Shown here piece by piece: positions 35,218-44,592 of a stretch of 64,000 nt of DNA. A program made the translations under genes and the position numbers. The DNA is from Bacteroidales bacterium. Its GTDB lineage: Bacteria > Bacteroidota > Bacteroidia > Bacteroidales > F082. Each line of letters begins with the position of its first letter. The stretch's first letter is position 1. The DNA lies in assembly GCA_045631805.1 (NCBI GenBank), contig JAZQVL010000051.1:4515-68514 (forward strand). The letters run 5' to 3'. The notes under the pieces are model-generated. The model saw only the letters and a list, made by a program, of their open reading frames with translations. It did not search any database and was not told the origin of the DNA.

Positions 35218-36606
35218 TTATAAGCTCAGAGCCAAACGGAAGCCAATGCCGTAGCTTGTTCCGCCTGGATGCAAGAAGTTACGAAGTGCCACGCGACAAT
35301 ATTTAGCATCGCTAAGGCAGCAGCCACCACGCACAATACGGTCGGTGCCAGCAGGACCTGTCGGGTCTATTTGATGTTCGCTGCTATAATCTCCGAAAAC
35401 GTCAAAACACCATTCCATAACATTGCCGCTCATATCATATATTCCCAATTCATTAGCTTTTTTAGTCATGACATCATTAGTTTTCTTGCCGTCAGCCGAA
35501 TACCAAGCGACATCATCTATAATATCGCTGCCGCTATATTTATAGCCATTTGACTCATTGCCGCCTCTTGCCGCGAATTCCCATTCTGCTTCTGTAGGGA
35601 ATCTGAAATTCAATCCTGTCATTTGATTTAATTTATTTACAAACTCCTGGCAGTTGTACCATGTAACCTGTTCAACAGGTTTTTGATCACCTTCAAAATG
35701 ACTTGGGTTATAGCCCATGACAGCTTTCCAAAGTTCTTGTGTCACTTCTGCCTCACCGATATAATAATTTGAAAGTGTCACTTGATGCACAGGAGCCTCT
35801 CTACTCCATGCCTCCTCATCATAATTAGGAGCATTTGGATCCTCTTTTTGAGCACCCATATAAAAAGTACCACCATTAACAGCCTTCATTGTGAATGACA
35901 CACCATTAACAGTTATAACTTTATCTTCAAAAACACCATCATCATTTCCGTCTCCATTTCCGTCATCATTTCCGTCTCCGTTTCCATCATCGTTTCCATC
36001 TCCGTTTCCGTCTCCGTTTCCATCATCATTCCCGTCCTCGTTCCCGTCCTCGTTCCCGTCCTCGTTCCCATCATCATTCCCGTCTCCGTTTCCATCATCA
36101 TTCCCGTCCTCGTTCCCGTCCTCGTTTCCATCATCATTCCCGTCTCCGTTTCCATCATCATTCCCGTCCTCGTTCCCATCATCGTTTCCGTCTCCGTTTC
36201 CATCATCATTCCCGTCCTCGTTCCCGTCCTCGTCTCCATTATCTTCAGCCAAAGTCATAAAACTCTCTTCTTGTCCGTAAGATACTCCAGCTTCATTTAT
36301 TGCATACGCTCTAACATAATATGTTGTATCAGGCATTAATCCTTGAAGTTCTGAAGTAAATACTCCAATACCTTTTCCATCATCAGTCTTATCACCATCA
36401 ATCGTAGGATTTGACGACATGCTCCAGCAAACGCCTCGAGATGTAACTTCCGCGCCACCATCAGCTTCTACACTTGAAACAATTTTAGCCGAATTGGAGG
36501 TAACATCAGACACTTCTTTAGTTACAACTGTCGGGAGTTCTACTTCAGGTTTACATCCGACAAGAAATAAGCACAACAACATCGTTGCAAAATAAAATCT
36601 TTTCAT
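35218..36606 (-). CDS. Lipoprotein with Fn3-like N-domain, (DGNx)n acidic repeat linker and C-terminal formylglycine-generating-enzyme (SUMF1/FGE-sulfatase) fold domain
   Basis: Lipobox LFLVGC. FGE-family motifs are present: APVHQVTLSNYYIGEAEVTQELW, RFPTEAEWEFAARGG, YDMSGNVMEWC, RGG...GFRLA. Confidence 0.85.
   Translation of the reverse strand: MKRFYFATMLLCLFLVGCKPEVELPTVVTKEVSDVTSNSAKIVSSVEADGGAEVTSRGVCWSMSSNPTIDGDKTDDGKGIGVFTSELQGLMPDTTYYVRAYAINEAGVSYGQEESFMTLAEDNGDEDGNEDGNDDGNGDGNDDGNEDGNDDGNGDGNDDGNEDGNEDGNDDGNGDGNDDGNEDGNEDGNEDGNDDGNGDGNGDGNDDGNGDGNDDGNGDGNDDGVFEDKVITVNGVSFTMKAVNGGTFYMGAQKEDPNAPNYDEEAWSREAPVHQVTLSNYYIGEAEVTQELWKAVMGYNPSHFEGDQKPVEQVTWYNCQEFVNKLNQMTGLNFRFPTEAEWEFAARGGNESNGYKYSGSDIIDDVAWYSADGKKTNDVMTKKANELGIYDMSGNVMEWCFDVFGDYSSEHQIDPTGPAGTDRIVRGGCCLSDAKYCRVALRNFLHPGGTSYGIGFRLALSL
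35935..36246 (-). repeat. In-frame 12-nt tandem repeat (about 26 units) encoding DGN[E/D/G]
   Basis: Units of the type ccgtctccgttt / ccatcatcattc / ccgtcctcgttc. The translation is DGNEDGNDDGNGDGND..., with a higher-order 48-nt period. Confidence 0.95.
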
Positions 36607-36637
36607 AATTGTGAAATTTAAATTGAATTATAATCTA

Positions 36638-36645
36638 CAAAAATA
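36638..36645 (-). promoter_or_regulatory. -7 promoter box TATTTTTG for the FGE-domain lipoprotein gene
   Basis: CAAAAATA on the plus strand, 32 nt upstream of ATG 36606. Confidence 0.5.
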
Positions 36646-36762
36646 GAAAAAATAGATGAACAACAAGTAATAATCTTATATGAAATCACATTAATTAGCA
36701 ATGAAGTGAGAGCAACGAGCTATGAGATTTAATTCGCTAGTTTTACCATCGTTCTAAATTCG

Positions 36763-36770
36763 TATATTTG
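36763..36770 (+). promoter_or_regulatory. -7 promoter box TATATTTG for the epimerase-MBOAT operon
   Basis: TAnnTTTG match 59 nt upstream of ATG 36829. Confidence 0.5.
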
Positions 36771-36828
36771 CACAAAAATAATTTCAATTTTAACAAGTTA
36801 AAAGTTCAAGTTTTAAGGCTCATAAATC

Positions 36829-37860
36829 ATGATTTTCATTACAGGCTGTACAGGATTGGTAGGCTCACATTTGGTAGCGGAGTTGATTAAAAGACAAAAG
36901 ACAAATAGCGAAAGTCAAAATGCTTTTACAATAAAACTATTATGTCGCAAGAACAGTGATTTATCGTTATTAAACAGAGTGTTAAAACGTTACGGTTTCG
37001 ATAAAATTCCCGACAACATAGAATTCGTATATGGCGACGTCACCGATTACGACATCATAGAGGAATCGATGGACGGCGTTGATGAAGTTTATCATTGTGC
37101 AGCCGTCGTATCATTCGACCCGAGTGATAAGAACAATCTTATGATTGTCAATGTTGAAGGAACCAAGAACATGGTCAATGCCGCTTTGCATTGCGGAGTA
37201 AAGAAATTCTGTCATGTCAGTTCCATCGCCGCCTTAGGACGTTCTCTTGAAGGCGAGCCCATTGATGAAAAATCACCTTGGACACAGTCTAAAAACAACA
37301 GCGTATATTCCAATTCCAAGCACGAAGCCGAGATGGAGGTCTGGCGAGGAATTGCAGAAGGTCTCAACGCCACGATAGTAAATCCATCCTTAATATTAGG
37401 AGCAGGACGCTGGAACACAAGCAGCTGCGAGTTGTTCACCACCATAGCCAAAGGTTTCCCGTTCTACACCACCGGCATCAACGGCTTCGTCGATGTGAAA
37501 GACGTGGCACGCGCCATGATAGCACTGATGGAAAACGAAAAATTCGGTCAACGCTACTGTCTGAACGGAGCTCTTATCTCATACGAAAGACTCTTCAACC
37601 TCATGGCTGAAAACTTTAACGTAAAAGCTCCCTACATCAAAGTGGGAAAATCACTCAGCGAAATAGCATGGCGCATCTTCTGGATTTTAGGAAAGATTCA
37701 AGGCAAAAAACCTCTCATCACAAAAGAAACGGCAAGAACAGCAACAAGAAAATATTCTTATTCTTCAGCCAAGATTATCAATGAGATAAACTTCAGATTC
37801 ACTCCTATAGAAAACAGCATAAAAGAAATCTGCAATATTTTTCTAACAGAAGAAAAATAA
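36829..37860 (+). CDS. NAD-dependent epimerase/dehydratase (extended SDR) family protein
   Basis: Rossmann motif ITGCTGLVGSHL and catalytic YSNSK (YxxxK). Confidence 0.85.
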   Translation: MIFITGCTGLVGSHLVAELIKRQKTNSESQNAFTIKLLCRKNSDLSLLNRVLKRYGFDKIPDNIEFVYGDVTDYDIIEESMDGVDEVYHCAAVVSFDPSDKNNLMIVNVEGTKNMVNAALHCGVKKFCHVSSIAALGRSLEGEPIDEKSPWTQSKNNSVYSNSKHEAEMEVWRGIAEGLNATIVNPSLILGAGRWNTSSCELFTTIAKGFPFYTTGINGFVDVKDVARAMIALMENEKFGQRYCLNGALISYERLFNLMAENFNVKAPYIKVGKSLSEIAWRIFWILGKIQGKKPLITKETARTATRKYSYSSAKIINEINFRFTPIENSIKEICNIFLTEEK

Positions 37861-37870
37861 ACAACAAACC

Positions 37871-39340
37871 ATGGTATTCAGTAGCAACGTCTTTTTACTT
37901 TATTTCTTGCCGATATTCCTCGCTATTTATTTCATCACACCGAGGAAACTACGCAACTACACACTGCTCTTGGCATCGTTGATATTTTACGCTTACGGCG
38001 CACCTGAGTTTGTGATACAGCTCATCGTCTCCAACATCGCCAACTTCTATTTAGTGAGATATATGCATAAATCAGAAAAGCCTCTCACTAAAAAGATACT
38101 ATGCGGAATTTCCATCTTCATCAGCATCGGTCTTCTTTTCTATTACAAATACGGCAACTTCAGCATGCAGAACTTCAACGTCATCGCAGGTCTCTTCGGA
38201 AAAGAACCTGTCGAATGGATGAAGATACTGCTCCCTATAGGCATTTCTTTCTTCTCATTCCAAAGCGTGACATACACCTTAGACACCTATAGAGGCATCA
38301 ATGAGCCGATGAAGAAACTCTCCGATTATATGCTCTACATCACCATGTTTCCTCAATTAGTAGCTGGTCCTATAATACGTTATTGCGACATAGCCGACCA
38401 AATAAGAGAACGTGAATCCTTGATGAGCGACAGACTTCATGGCTTCTACCGTTTCGTCTTGGGTCTCTCCAAGAAGATATTGATAGCCGATGTCATAGGA
38501 TTTCAAGTTGACAAAATATTAGGACCTTCTAATTATGATATTCTGACATCTGGACAGCTTCAAGACATCACAAACAAAATAGCCTCTTTAGATTCAACAA
38601 CAGCATGGATTGTCATCCTCGCTTTCACCTTCCAGATATATTTCGATTTCTCCGGATATTCCGACATGGCTATTGGTCTCGGCAGAATGTTGGGATTCCG
38701 TTTCCCTGAAAACTTCGACAACCCTTACGTCTCGACATCAATTTCAGAGTTCTGGCGCAGATGGCATCAGACATTCAGCGTCTTCATCAAAAACTATTTG
38801 TATTTCCCATTAGGCGGAAGCCGAGTCAAGACAGAAGCAAGAAGATATTTCAACCTATGGTTCTGTTTTCTGGTATCAGGATTATGGCATGGCGCCGCAT
38901 GGAACTTCGTAATCTACGGAGCATTGCAAGGCATCTTCATCTGCGCCGACAAACTCTTCCTCGTCAGATGGCTCAACAAATTAGGAAGGATACCTTCTGT
39001 AATAATAACATTCGCGATAATAGTCCTGACACGCTGCTTCTTCCGCATCGAAAGAATAGACCTCTCTTGGCTCTTCATCAAACGTCTGTTCGCCTTCGAC
39101 TTCACTGCATTCCACTTCTCCGACAACCCTCACTTCTACACCACGATGATTATCGCTGCTTGCTTCTCATTCATCACACTCAGCAAATTCGGTCTGAGAT
39201 GGCAGGAGAAAGTTTATTTCACAGAATATAATACAAAACAACATATCACTGCTTTCGTATTATCAATATTAGGTTTCATTTTCTGCTTAGGTGCTCTTAA
39301 CGCAACAGGCTTCAGTCCATTCATTTATTTCAGATTCTGA
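37871..39340 (+). CDS. MBOAT-family membrane O-acyltransferase (AlgI/DltB/PatA-like)
   Basis: Multi-TM protein with an AlgI-like N-terminus (MVFSSNVFLLYFLPIFL) and a conserved His region (WRRWHQTF, WHGAAWNF). Confidence 0.85.
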   Translation: MVFSSNVFLLYFLPIFLAIYFITPRKLRNYTLLLASLIFYAYGAPEFVIQLIVSNIANFYLVRYMHKSEKPLTKKILCGISIFISIGLLFYYKYGNFSMQNFNVIAGLFGKEPVEWMKILLPIGISFFSFQSVTYTLDTYRGINEPMKKLSDYMLYITMFPQLVAGPIIRYCDIADQIRERESLMSDRLHGFYRFVLGLSKKILIADVIGFQVDKILGPSNYDILTSGQLQDITNKIASLDSTTAWIVILAFTFQIYFDFSGYSDMAIGLGRMLGFRFPENFDNPYVSTSISEFWRRWHQTFSVFIKNYLYFPLGGSRVKTEARRYFNLWFCFLVSGLWHGAAWNFVIYGALQGIFICADKLFLVRWLNKLGRIPSVIITFAIIVLTRCFFRIERIDLSWLFIKRLFAFDFTAFHFSDNPHFYTTMIIAACFSFITLSKFGLRWQEKVYFTEYNTKQHITAFVLSILGFIFCLGALNATGFSPFIYFRF

Positions 39341-40491
39341 TGAAAAACAAATCTTGCACAATATTATTCAGCATTCTGTTGGTATTCTTATTTTTACCAA
39401 TGATACAAGAACATACTAAATTATTTAAAGTAAAAGCTTTAAGAGGCGTTACTCTAAAAACGGAATTTCCTGCCTTTTCAACAGATTCTTTAAAAAAAGG
39501 AAAATACCAGATTTCATTAGAAAATTACATTTCCGAAAACATGGGGTTTAGAGAACCTGCAATAAGATTGTATAATCAATACTTATGGACTTTCTACAAA
39601 AAAACTTACAACAACAGTTTTGCTCATGGAAAAGGTAACTGGTTTTATTATTGGGCTGGCGTAGATGAATATTATGGAAAAGAATTATATAAATGGTTTG
39701 ACAGCGAAGATGAAGCAATTGAAAATTACGAGAAAAACATCAGCATGATGTGTGAACTAAGAGAAATATTAAAAAAACACAATATAGAATTTTTGTCATT
39801 CATGGCTCCTGACAAAGCTTTCGTTTATCCCGAATATCTTCCAAAAGACACTCTTAGAAAGTGTATCAATGTTTTTGAATATTATGACAAACGATTAAAC
39901 GAAGAAGGATTCCCTAATATAGAAATGACAAAATGGTATAAATCAATGCGCGATACTATTGACATTCAGATATTTCCTACAATTGATACACACTGGGATT
40001 TCTCCGCAGTATATGGTTTCGACTCCTTATTTAGATTTATGAACGAAATGAACGACTTCGGCATTCCTAAAATAAAATACGGAGAACCTATTAAAGGCAA
40101 TAAAAAATGGACTTACGACGAAGGTATTTTGAATCTTATGTGCCACATAAAAAACAAAAACCACGATTACAAATTCGACATAAATATCGAATATGACGAA
40201 TCCTCAAGAAAACCCAAAGTTTTATTTATAGGCGACTCCTTCATATGGGAATTAGAAAGACGTTTCAATATAAGGGAATTATTCGAGGACATAGAAATAT
40301 GGTACTACAACTCGACCGTTTACAAAGGTTTTGACAAGCATGAATACAATAAACAAGAAATCAATGCTCTTGAAAGTATCTTAAACAGTGACTTTGTTGT
40401 ATTCTATTCATGCGGTCATCAATGGCACAGAGGCACATATAAATTCGTAGAAGAAACTCTATCAGAACTTAAATCTGCGAACCTAAATTAA
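39340..40491 (+). CDS. AlgJ/AlgX-like (DHHW-motif) O-acetyltransferase partner protein
   Basis: N-terminal anchor, a D-x-H-W motif (IDTHWDF) and GDSF. Its ATG shares a single base with the MBOAT stop codon (TGATG). Confidence 0.65.
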   Translation: MKNKSCTILFSILLVFLFLPMIQEHTKLFKVKALRGVTLKTEFPAFSTDSLKKGKYQISLENYISENMGFREPAIRLYNQYLWTFYKKTYNNSFAHGKGNWFYYWAGVDEYYGKELYKWFDSEDEAIENYEKNISMMCELREILKKHNIEFLSFMAPDKAFVYPEYLPKDTLRKCINVFEYYDKRLNEEGFPNIEMTKWYKSMRDTIDIQIFPTIDTHWDFSAVYGFDSLFRFMNEMNDFGIPKIKYGEPIKGNKKWTYDEGILNLMCHIKNKNHDYKFDINIEYDESSRKPKVLFIGDSFIWELERRFNIRELFEDIEIWYYNSTVYKGFDKHEYNKQEINALESILNSDFVVFYSCGHQWHRGTYKFVEETLSELKSANLN

Positions 40492-41663
40492 TCTTTTTTT
40501 TCAGTTTTTCTAGTTTTCATGTCTTTATAACTTCCTTCAAAGATTTCGAACTTATAGAAGCGGCAATCTAATGAGCCGTTATATACTTCTATCTTCTTTG
40601 ATGGTTTCAATCCTATGAGTTTAAGCACTTCTATATTGCTGCTGATGACCCATGCCTCGTAACCTTTGAAATTACGTTTCAATGTATTGCCTATTCCCTT
40701 GTAAAGATTTACGATGTCTTTTTCTTCGAGACGTTCACCGTAAGGAGGGTTGATGAGCAAGATGCCAGGAGCTTCTGGCGGTGTCATCTCGAACATATCT
40801 TGCTGAAGAAGAGTGATGTCGTGCGACAAGTGAGCGCCTTGTATGTTAGATTTAGCAATCTGTACAGCTTTAGCTGAGTGGTCGGAAGCCATGATTTCGT
40901 AGTCGCACTCACATATTTCATCATCGGCGGCTTGTCTTACTTCTTTCCATAACTTTTCATCGAAGTCGTGCCATTTCATAAAGCCGTAGCTTTCTCTGAA
41001 ATAACCGGCAGGAATATTCATAGCCAACATGGCGGCTTCAATTGGAATAGTAGCGGAACCGCACATGCAATCGACGAAGTTCTTATCGCCTTTCCATCCA
41101 GTCATCTTAATAAGTCCCGCTGCGAGCACTTCATTCATAGGAGCCTTGTCGACAGCTTTACGATAGCCTCTCTTGTGCAAAGAGTCGCCAGAGCTGTCGA
41201 ATGAAAGAGTGACTTTCTCGTTTTCAATATGGATATTGATTCTTAAATCAGGATTTTCCGTATCAACAGAAGGACGTGCGCCATATTTCTGTCTGAACTC
41301 ATCAGCGATAGCGTCTTTCACTTTAAGCGCAGCATATTGAGAATGTGTGAAATAATTTCCACTCACAACTGCATCAATGGCAAAAGTCTCTTCAATGCCG
41401 AAAATCTCATGCCACTTGATTTCAAAAATCTTCTTATACAACATCATCTCGTTACGAGCAACAAAAGTCTGAATAGGCTTCAAAATGCGTAATGCTGTAC
41501 GAAGACAATAATTCGCTTTGTACATCAGAGCGTTGTCAGCTTCAAAACTTACAGCTCGATATAACACATTAATATTTTCTGCACCTAATGCAGCTAATTC
41601 TTCTGCCAAGAGCTGTTCAAATCCTGGCAATGTCTTTGCAACTAAAGTAAAAGTATTTTCCAC
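40488..41663 (-). CDS. THUMP-domain class I SAM-dependent RNA methyltransferase (RlmL N-half/YpsC-like)
   Basis: THUMP-like N-terminal domain and motif IV (LINPPYGERL). The start is a GTG at 41663. Confidence 0.8.
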   Translation of the reverse strand: MENTFTLVAKTLPGFEQLLAEELAALGAENINVLYRAVSFEADNALMYKANYCLRTALRILKPIQTFVARNEMMLYKKIFEIKWHEIFGIEETFAIDAVVSGNYFTHSQYAALKVKDAIADEFRQKYGARPSVDTENPDLRINIHIENEKVTLSFDSSGDSLHKRGYRKAVDKAPMNEVLAAGLIKMTGWKGDKNFVDCMCGSATIPIEAAMLAMNIPAGYFRESYGFMKWHDFDEKLWKEVRQAADDEICECDYEIMASDHSAKAVQIAKSNIQGAHLSHDITLLQQDMFEMTPPEAPGILLINPPYGERLEEKDIVNLYKGIGNTLKRNFKGYEAWVISSNIEVLKLIGLKPSKKIEVYNGSLDCRFYKFEIFEGSYKDMKTRKTEKKD

Positions 41664-41679
41664 GTCTTATTATTTTTTG

Positions 41680-41687
41680 CAAATGTA
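41680..41687 (-). promoter_or_regulatory. -7 promoter box TACATTTG for the THUMP methyltransferase gene
   Basis: CAAATGTA on the plus strand, 17 nt upstream of GTG 41663. Confidence 0.5.
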
Positions 41688-41729
41688 AGTTTTTTCTGCG
41701 TTTATTAGATGTTGAATTTCTGATTTTTT

Positions 41730-41737
41730 TAACTTTG
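41730..41737 (+). promoter_or_regulatory. -7 promoter box TAACTTTG for the MazG-like gene
   Basis: TAnnTTTG match 15 nt upstream of ATG 41752, implying a near-leaderless transcript. Confidence 0.5.
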
Positions 41738-41751
41738 TAGAAAAATATATA

Positions 41752-42087
41752 ATGACAATAGATGAAGCTCAAAAAATAGTCGATGAATGGATTAACACTC
41801 TCGGCGTTCGTTATTTTAACGAATTGACAAACATGGCACTACTTACCGAAGAAGTAGGTGAATTGGCAAGAATAATAGCAAGAAAATACGGTGAACAATC
41901 GTTCAAGGAATCCGACAAACAATATAATCTCGCCGACGAAATGGCCGACGTATTGTTCGTGCTTATATGTCTCGCTAACCAAACTGGCGTCAACCTCACT
42001 GAAGCCCTAAAGAAAAACTTGGAAAAGAAAACCAATCGCGATAAAGAAAGACATAAGAATAATGAAAAATTAGGAGTTAGGAATTAG
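41752..42087 (+). CDS. mazG: MazG-like nucleotide pyrophosphohydrolase (small single-domain type)
   Basis: EExxE and DExxD-type motifs (TEEVGELARI, LADEMADVLF). The last 6 codons lie in TTAGGA-type word repeats. Confidence 0.8.
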   Translation: MTIDEAQKIVDEWINTLGVRYFNELTNMALLTEEVGELARIIARKYGEQSFKESDKQYNLADEMADVLFVLICLANQTGVNLTEALKKNLEKKTNRDKERHKNNEKLGVRN

Positions 42088-42159
42088 GAGTGATTGGCAG
42101 AAATGTTTCAATGAAACCAATACATTGAAGCCTCTTAATTTAAAATTAAAATCTTAAGT

Positions 42160-44523
42160 ATGAAAAAAGTCTTCCTATTATCATTTCTGCTCTCGATATT
42201 CAACTTATATCTAATCGGTCAGAACAGCATAAATGGTATTGTCACCGACGAGTTTTCTAAAGAGAAGTTGGCTTTCGTGAATATCGTCGTCAATGAAAAC
42301 GGAACTCTCGGCACAACATCCGACATCGACGGCAATTTCATCATCAATAGCAAAGAAGAGATAAAAAATCTTACATTCTCTTTTGTCGGTTATGAGAAGA
42401 AGAAAATAGATATTGCGAATGGAGAAAACGAAATCAATGTAAGCCTGAAACCTCAAAACATTGAACTATCTGAAATTGTAATCGACGGAACAAAAAATCC
42501 TGCCAATCGTATCATCGACAGTGTATTCATATATAGAGATTCCAACAACACTAAAAACCTGAATTCATATCATTACAAAATGTATGACAATATGATTTTT
42601 ACTGTCGATACGACAAACTTACCATCCAACGACGAATTACTCGAAGAATTCAGAAACAACGACCTTATGGTAATGGAGACTGTCTCAGAACAATATTACG
42701 AAAAACCCAACAAAAACAAGAAAATCATATTAGCCAACAAAGTATCTGGAATGAAGGATTCTCAAGGCGTTTATCTTCTGGAGAATTTCCAAAGCATCGG
42801 CTTTCAGGAAGATTTAGTCACGATAAACAACAAGAAATACGTCAATCCTATCAGCAAAGGAAGCAAGAATAAATATATCTTCTTTTTAGAATCAGCATAT
42901 AAAACAGAAGAAAACGACAGCATTTTCACTATCGCATTTGCTCCTTACAAGAACACGACTTTCAATTCTTTGAGAGGCACAATGACAATCAATTCTGACA
43001 ATTGGGCTATACAAAACATAAAGGCAGCTCCTACAAAACAAGATTTTTACCACATTGACATTCAGCAATTATATGAAAAAGTTGATGGAGCGTGGTTTCC
43101 AAAACAAATTAACACTAACTTAAAAATCGTTTTAGCAGGCGCCGTCGATGCCAACACTGACGGTATCTTGTGCGGAATTGGCAAAAGTTATTTAAAAGAG
43201 ATTGAAATAAATAAGGAAATAGACAAAAACATCTTTGACATAAGCGATTATTGCGTTAACGACAATGCAGGAAAATCGGATGACATAATCAAATATTATC
43301 GTTATGAAAAACTTAACGAAGAGCGTTTAGAAGCGACTTATAAATACGTAGAAGACGCTCTTAAAGAAGCAAACTTCAATTTCGACAAGATCTTCGAATC
43401 GATAAATTCCTTGATGGAAAACGAGATTCCTATTAGATTTATAAATCTTAATTTCGATGACATTATTGACTATAACATCGGCAATGGTTTCATGCTCGGA
43501 TTGGGATTAAGAACCAACGACAAAATCTCCAAATATTTTTCTTTAGGTGGATTCGGCAATTATTGGTTTAAGGCAAAAGAATTTAATTATGGCGGTAACT
43601 TGGACATTAATCTATTAAGTTTGAAAGACATGAAACTTAGATTTTCCGCCGAACACAAATTCGAGAGATTAGGTGATTATGGTTTCGAAAGTAATACAAA
43701 CATCTTCGACCCTTCTGATTACAAACTCTTTTATATCAATGCGACTTCGTTGAACAATAAGATTGGTGTCAATTATTCAACATATTTCAACAGATACCTC
43801 AAAGGTTTCGTCAATTTTGAAGTCGCCGACAAGACTCCTTTTAATTGGAATGAGTCAACGACACACAGATTAAGCACAATTGATTTCGCATTGAGAATTG
43901 CATTTAATGAGAAATTTATAAAAAATGGTAATAATTTAAGAATTGAAGGCATCTCAAATCCTGTCATTTGGATTTCATATCAGAAAAACTTAAAAGATAT
44001 TTTTGGAAGCCCATACAATTTCGACAAGGCGGAATTTCAATTTAAAGGCACCAAAGAGACACGATATATCGGCGCCACTACAGTGACCGCACAATTGGGA
44101 TATATCAGCGGTATAGCCCCTATTACGGATTTATTCAATATCTTTGGAAGCAGATACGGAAAACTTGAATTATACAGCACCGACAATTTCAACACAATGA
44201 TTCCTGACGAGTTTTTCTGCGACAGATTCGCTGCATTGTTTTTCTCACATAATTTCAGAAATCTGTTAATAGACTTTAAGAAATTTCATCCTGAGTTGAT
44301 TGTCGTGACAAACGTTGCATTTGGATATTTAAGCGAAGGCAATAATTACGATTTAAAAGATTTAAGCAAGGGATATTACGAAAGCGGATTGATAGTTGAT
44401 AGCATCATTAAAACTGGAATCAGCAAAATCGGTTTAGGCATTTTTTATCGCTACGGACCTTATTCATTCGACAAAGTCACAGATAATTTCACTTTTAAAT
44501 TAAGTATTGGTTTCAGTTTATAA
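42160..44523 (+). CDS. CarboxypepD_reg-domain / DUF5686-like outer-membrane protein (787 aa)
   Basis: Signal peptide and an N-terminal CarboxypepD_reg-like segment (INGIVTDEFSKEKLAFVNIVV..GTTSDIDGNF). The length and beta-rich C-terminus fit the DUF5686 family. Confidence 0.6.
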   Translation: MKKVFLLSFLLSIFNLYLIGQNSINGIVTDEFSKEKLAFVNIVVNENGTLGTTSDIDGNFIINSKEEIKNLTFSFVGYEKKKIDIANGENEINVSLKPQNIELSEIVIDGTKNPANRIIDSVFIYRDSNNTKNLNSYHYKMYDNMIFTVDTTNLPSNDELLEEFRNNDLMVMETVSEQYYEKPNKNKKIILANKVSGMKDSQGVYLLENFQSIGFQEDLVTINNKKYVNPISKGSKNKYIFFLESAYKTEENDSIFTIAFAPYKNTTFNSLRGTMTINSDNWAIQNIKAAPTKQDFYHIDIQQLYEKVDGAWFPKQINTNLKIVLAGAVDANTDGILCGIGKSYLKEIEINKEIDKNIFDISDYCVNDNAGKSDDIIKYYRYEKLNEERLEATYKYVEDALKEANFNFDKIFESINSLMENEIPIRFINLNFDDIIDYNIGNGFMLGLGLRTNDKISKYFSLGGFGNYWFKAKEFNYGGNLDINLLSLKDMKLRFSAEHKFERLGDYGFESNTNIFDPSDYKLFYINATSLNNKIGVNYSTYFNRYLKGFVNFEVADKTPFNWNESTTHRLSTIDFALRIAFNEKFIKNGNNLRIEGISNPVIWISYQKNLKDIFGSPYNFDKAEFQFKGTKETRYIGATTVTAQLGYISGIAPITDLFNIFGSRYGKLELYSTDNFNTMIPDEFFCDRFAALFFSHNFRNLLIDFKKFHPELIVVTNVAFGYLSEGNNYDLKDLSKGYYESGLIVDSIIKTGISKIGLGIFYRYGPYSFDKVTDNFTFKLSIGFSL

Positions 44524-44539
44524 GCATAAAAAAACAAAA

Positions 44540-44568
44540 ACCCAGAAAGATTAAATTTCTGAGTTTTT
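44540..44568 (+). terminator. Intrinsic terminator
   Basis: Stem CAGAAA/TTTCTG with flanking pairs, followed by a T5 run. It lies between convergent stops at 44523 and 44593. Confidence 0.6.
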
Positions 44569-44592
44569 GAGTTTATGAATTTTGGATTTTTA

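Noticed and set aside
35218-35345. The C-terminus of the FGE-fold lipoprotein (RGGCCLSDAKYCRVALRNFLHPGGTSYGIGFR) as a diversity-generating-retroelement (DGR) variable region, since FGE/C-type-lectin folds are common DGR targets.
   Set aside because: I translated the codons by hand and the putatively variable positions are not consistently NNC-type (ctt, gat, gct, aaa, tat, ttg, cat, gga, aca, att). No template-repeat copy and no reverse transcriptase are visible anywhere in the window.
35891-36280. A 129-aa plus-strand ORF (PSSFPSPFPS...) and a 108-aa minus-strand alternate-frame ORF (35913-36239, METRTGTRTG...).
   Set aside because: Both are shadow frames of the 12-nt DGN repeat. They are low-complexity and lie wholly inside a well-supported gene.
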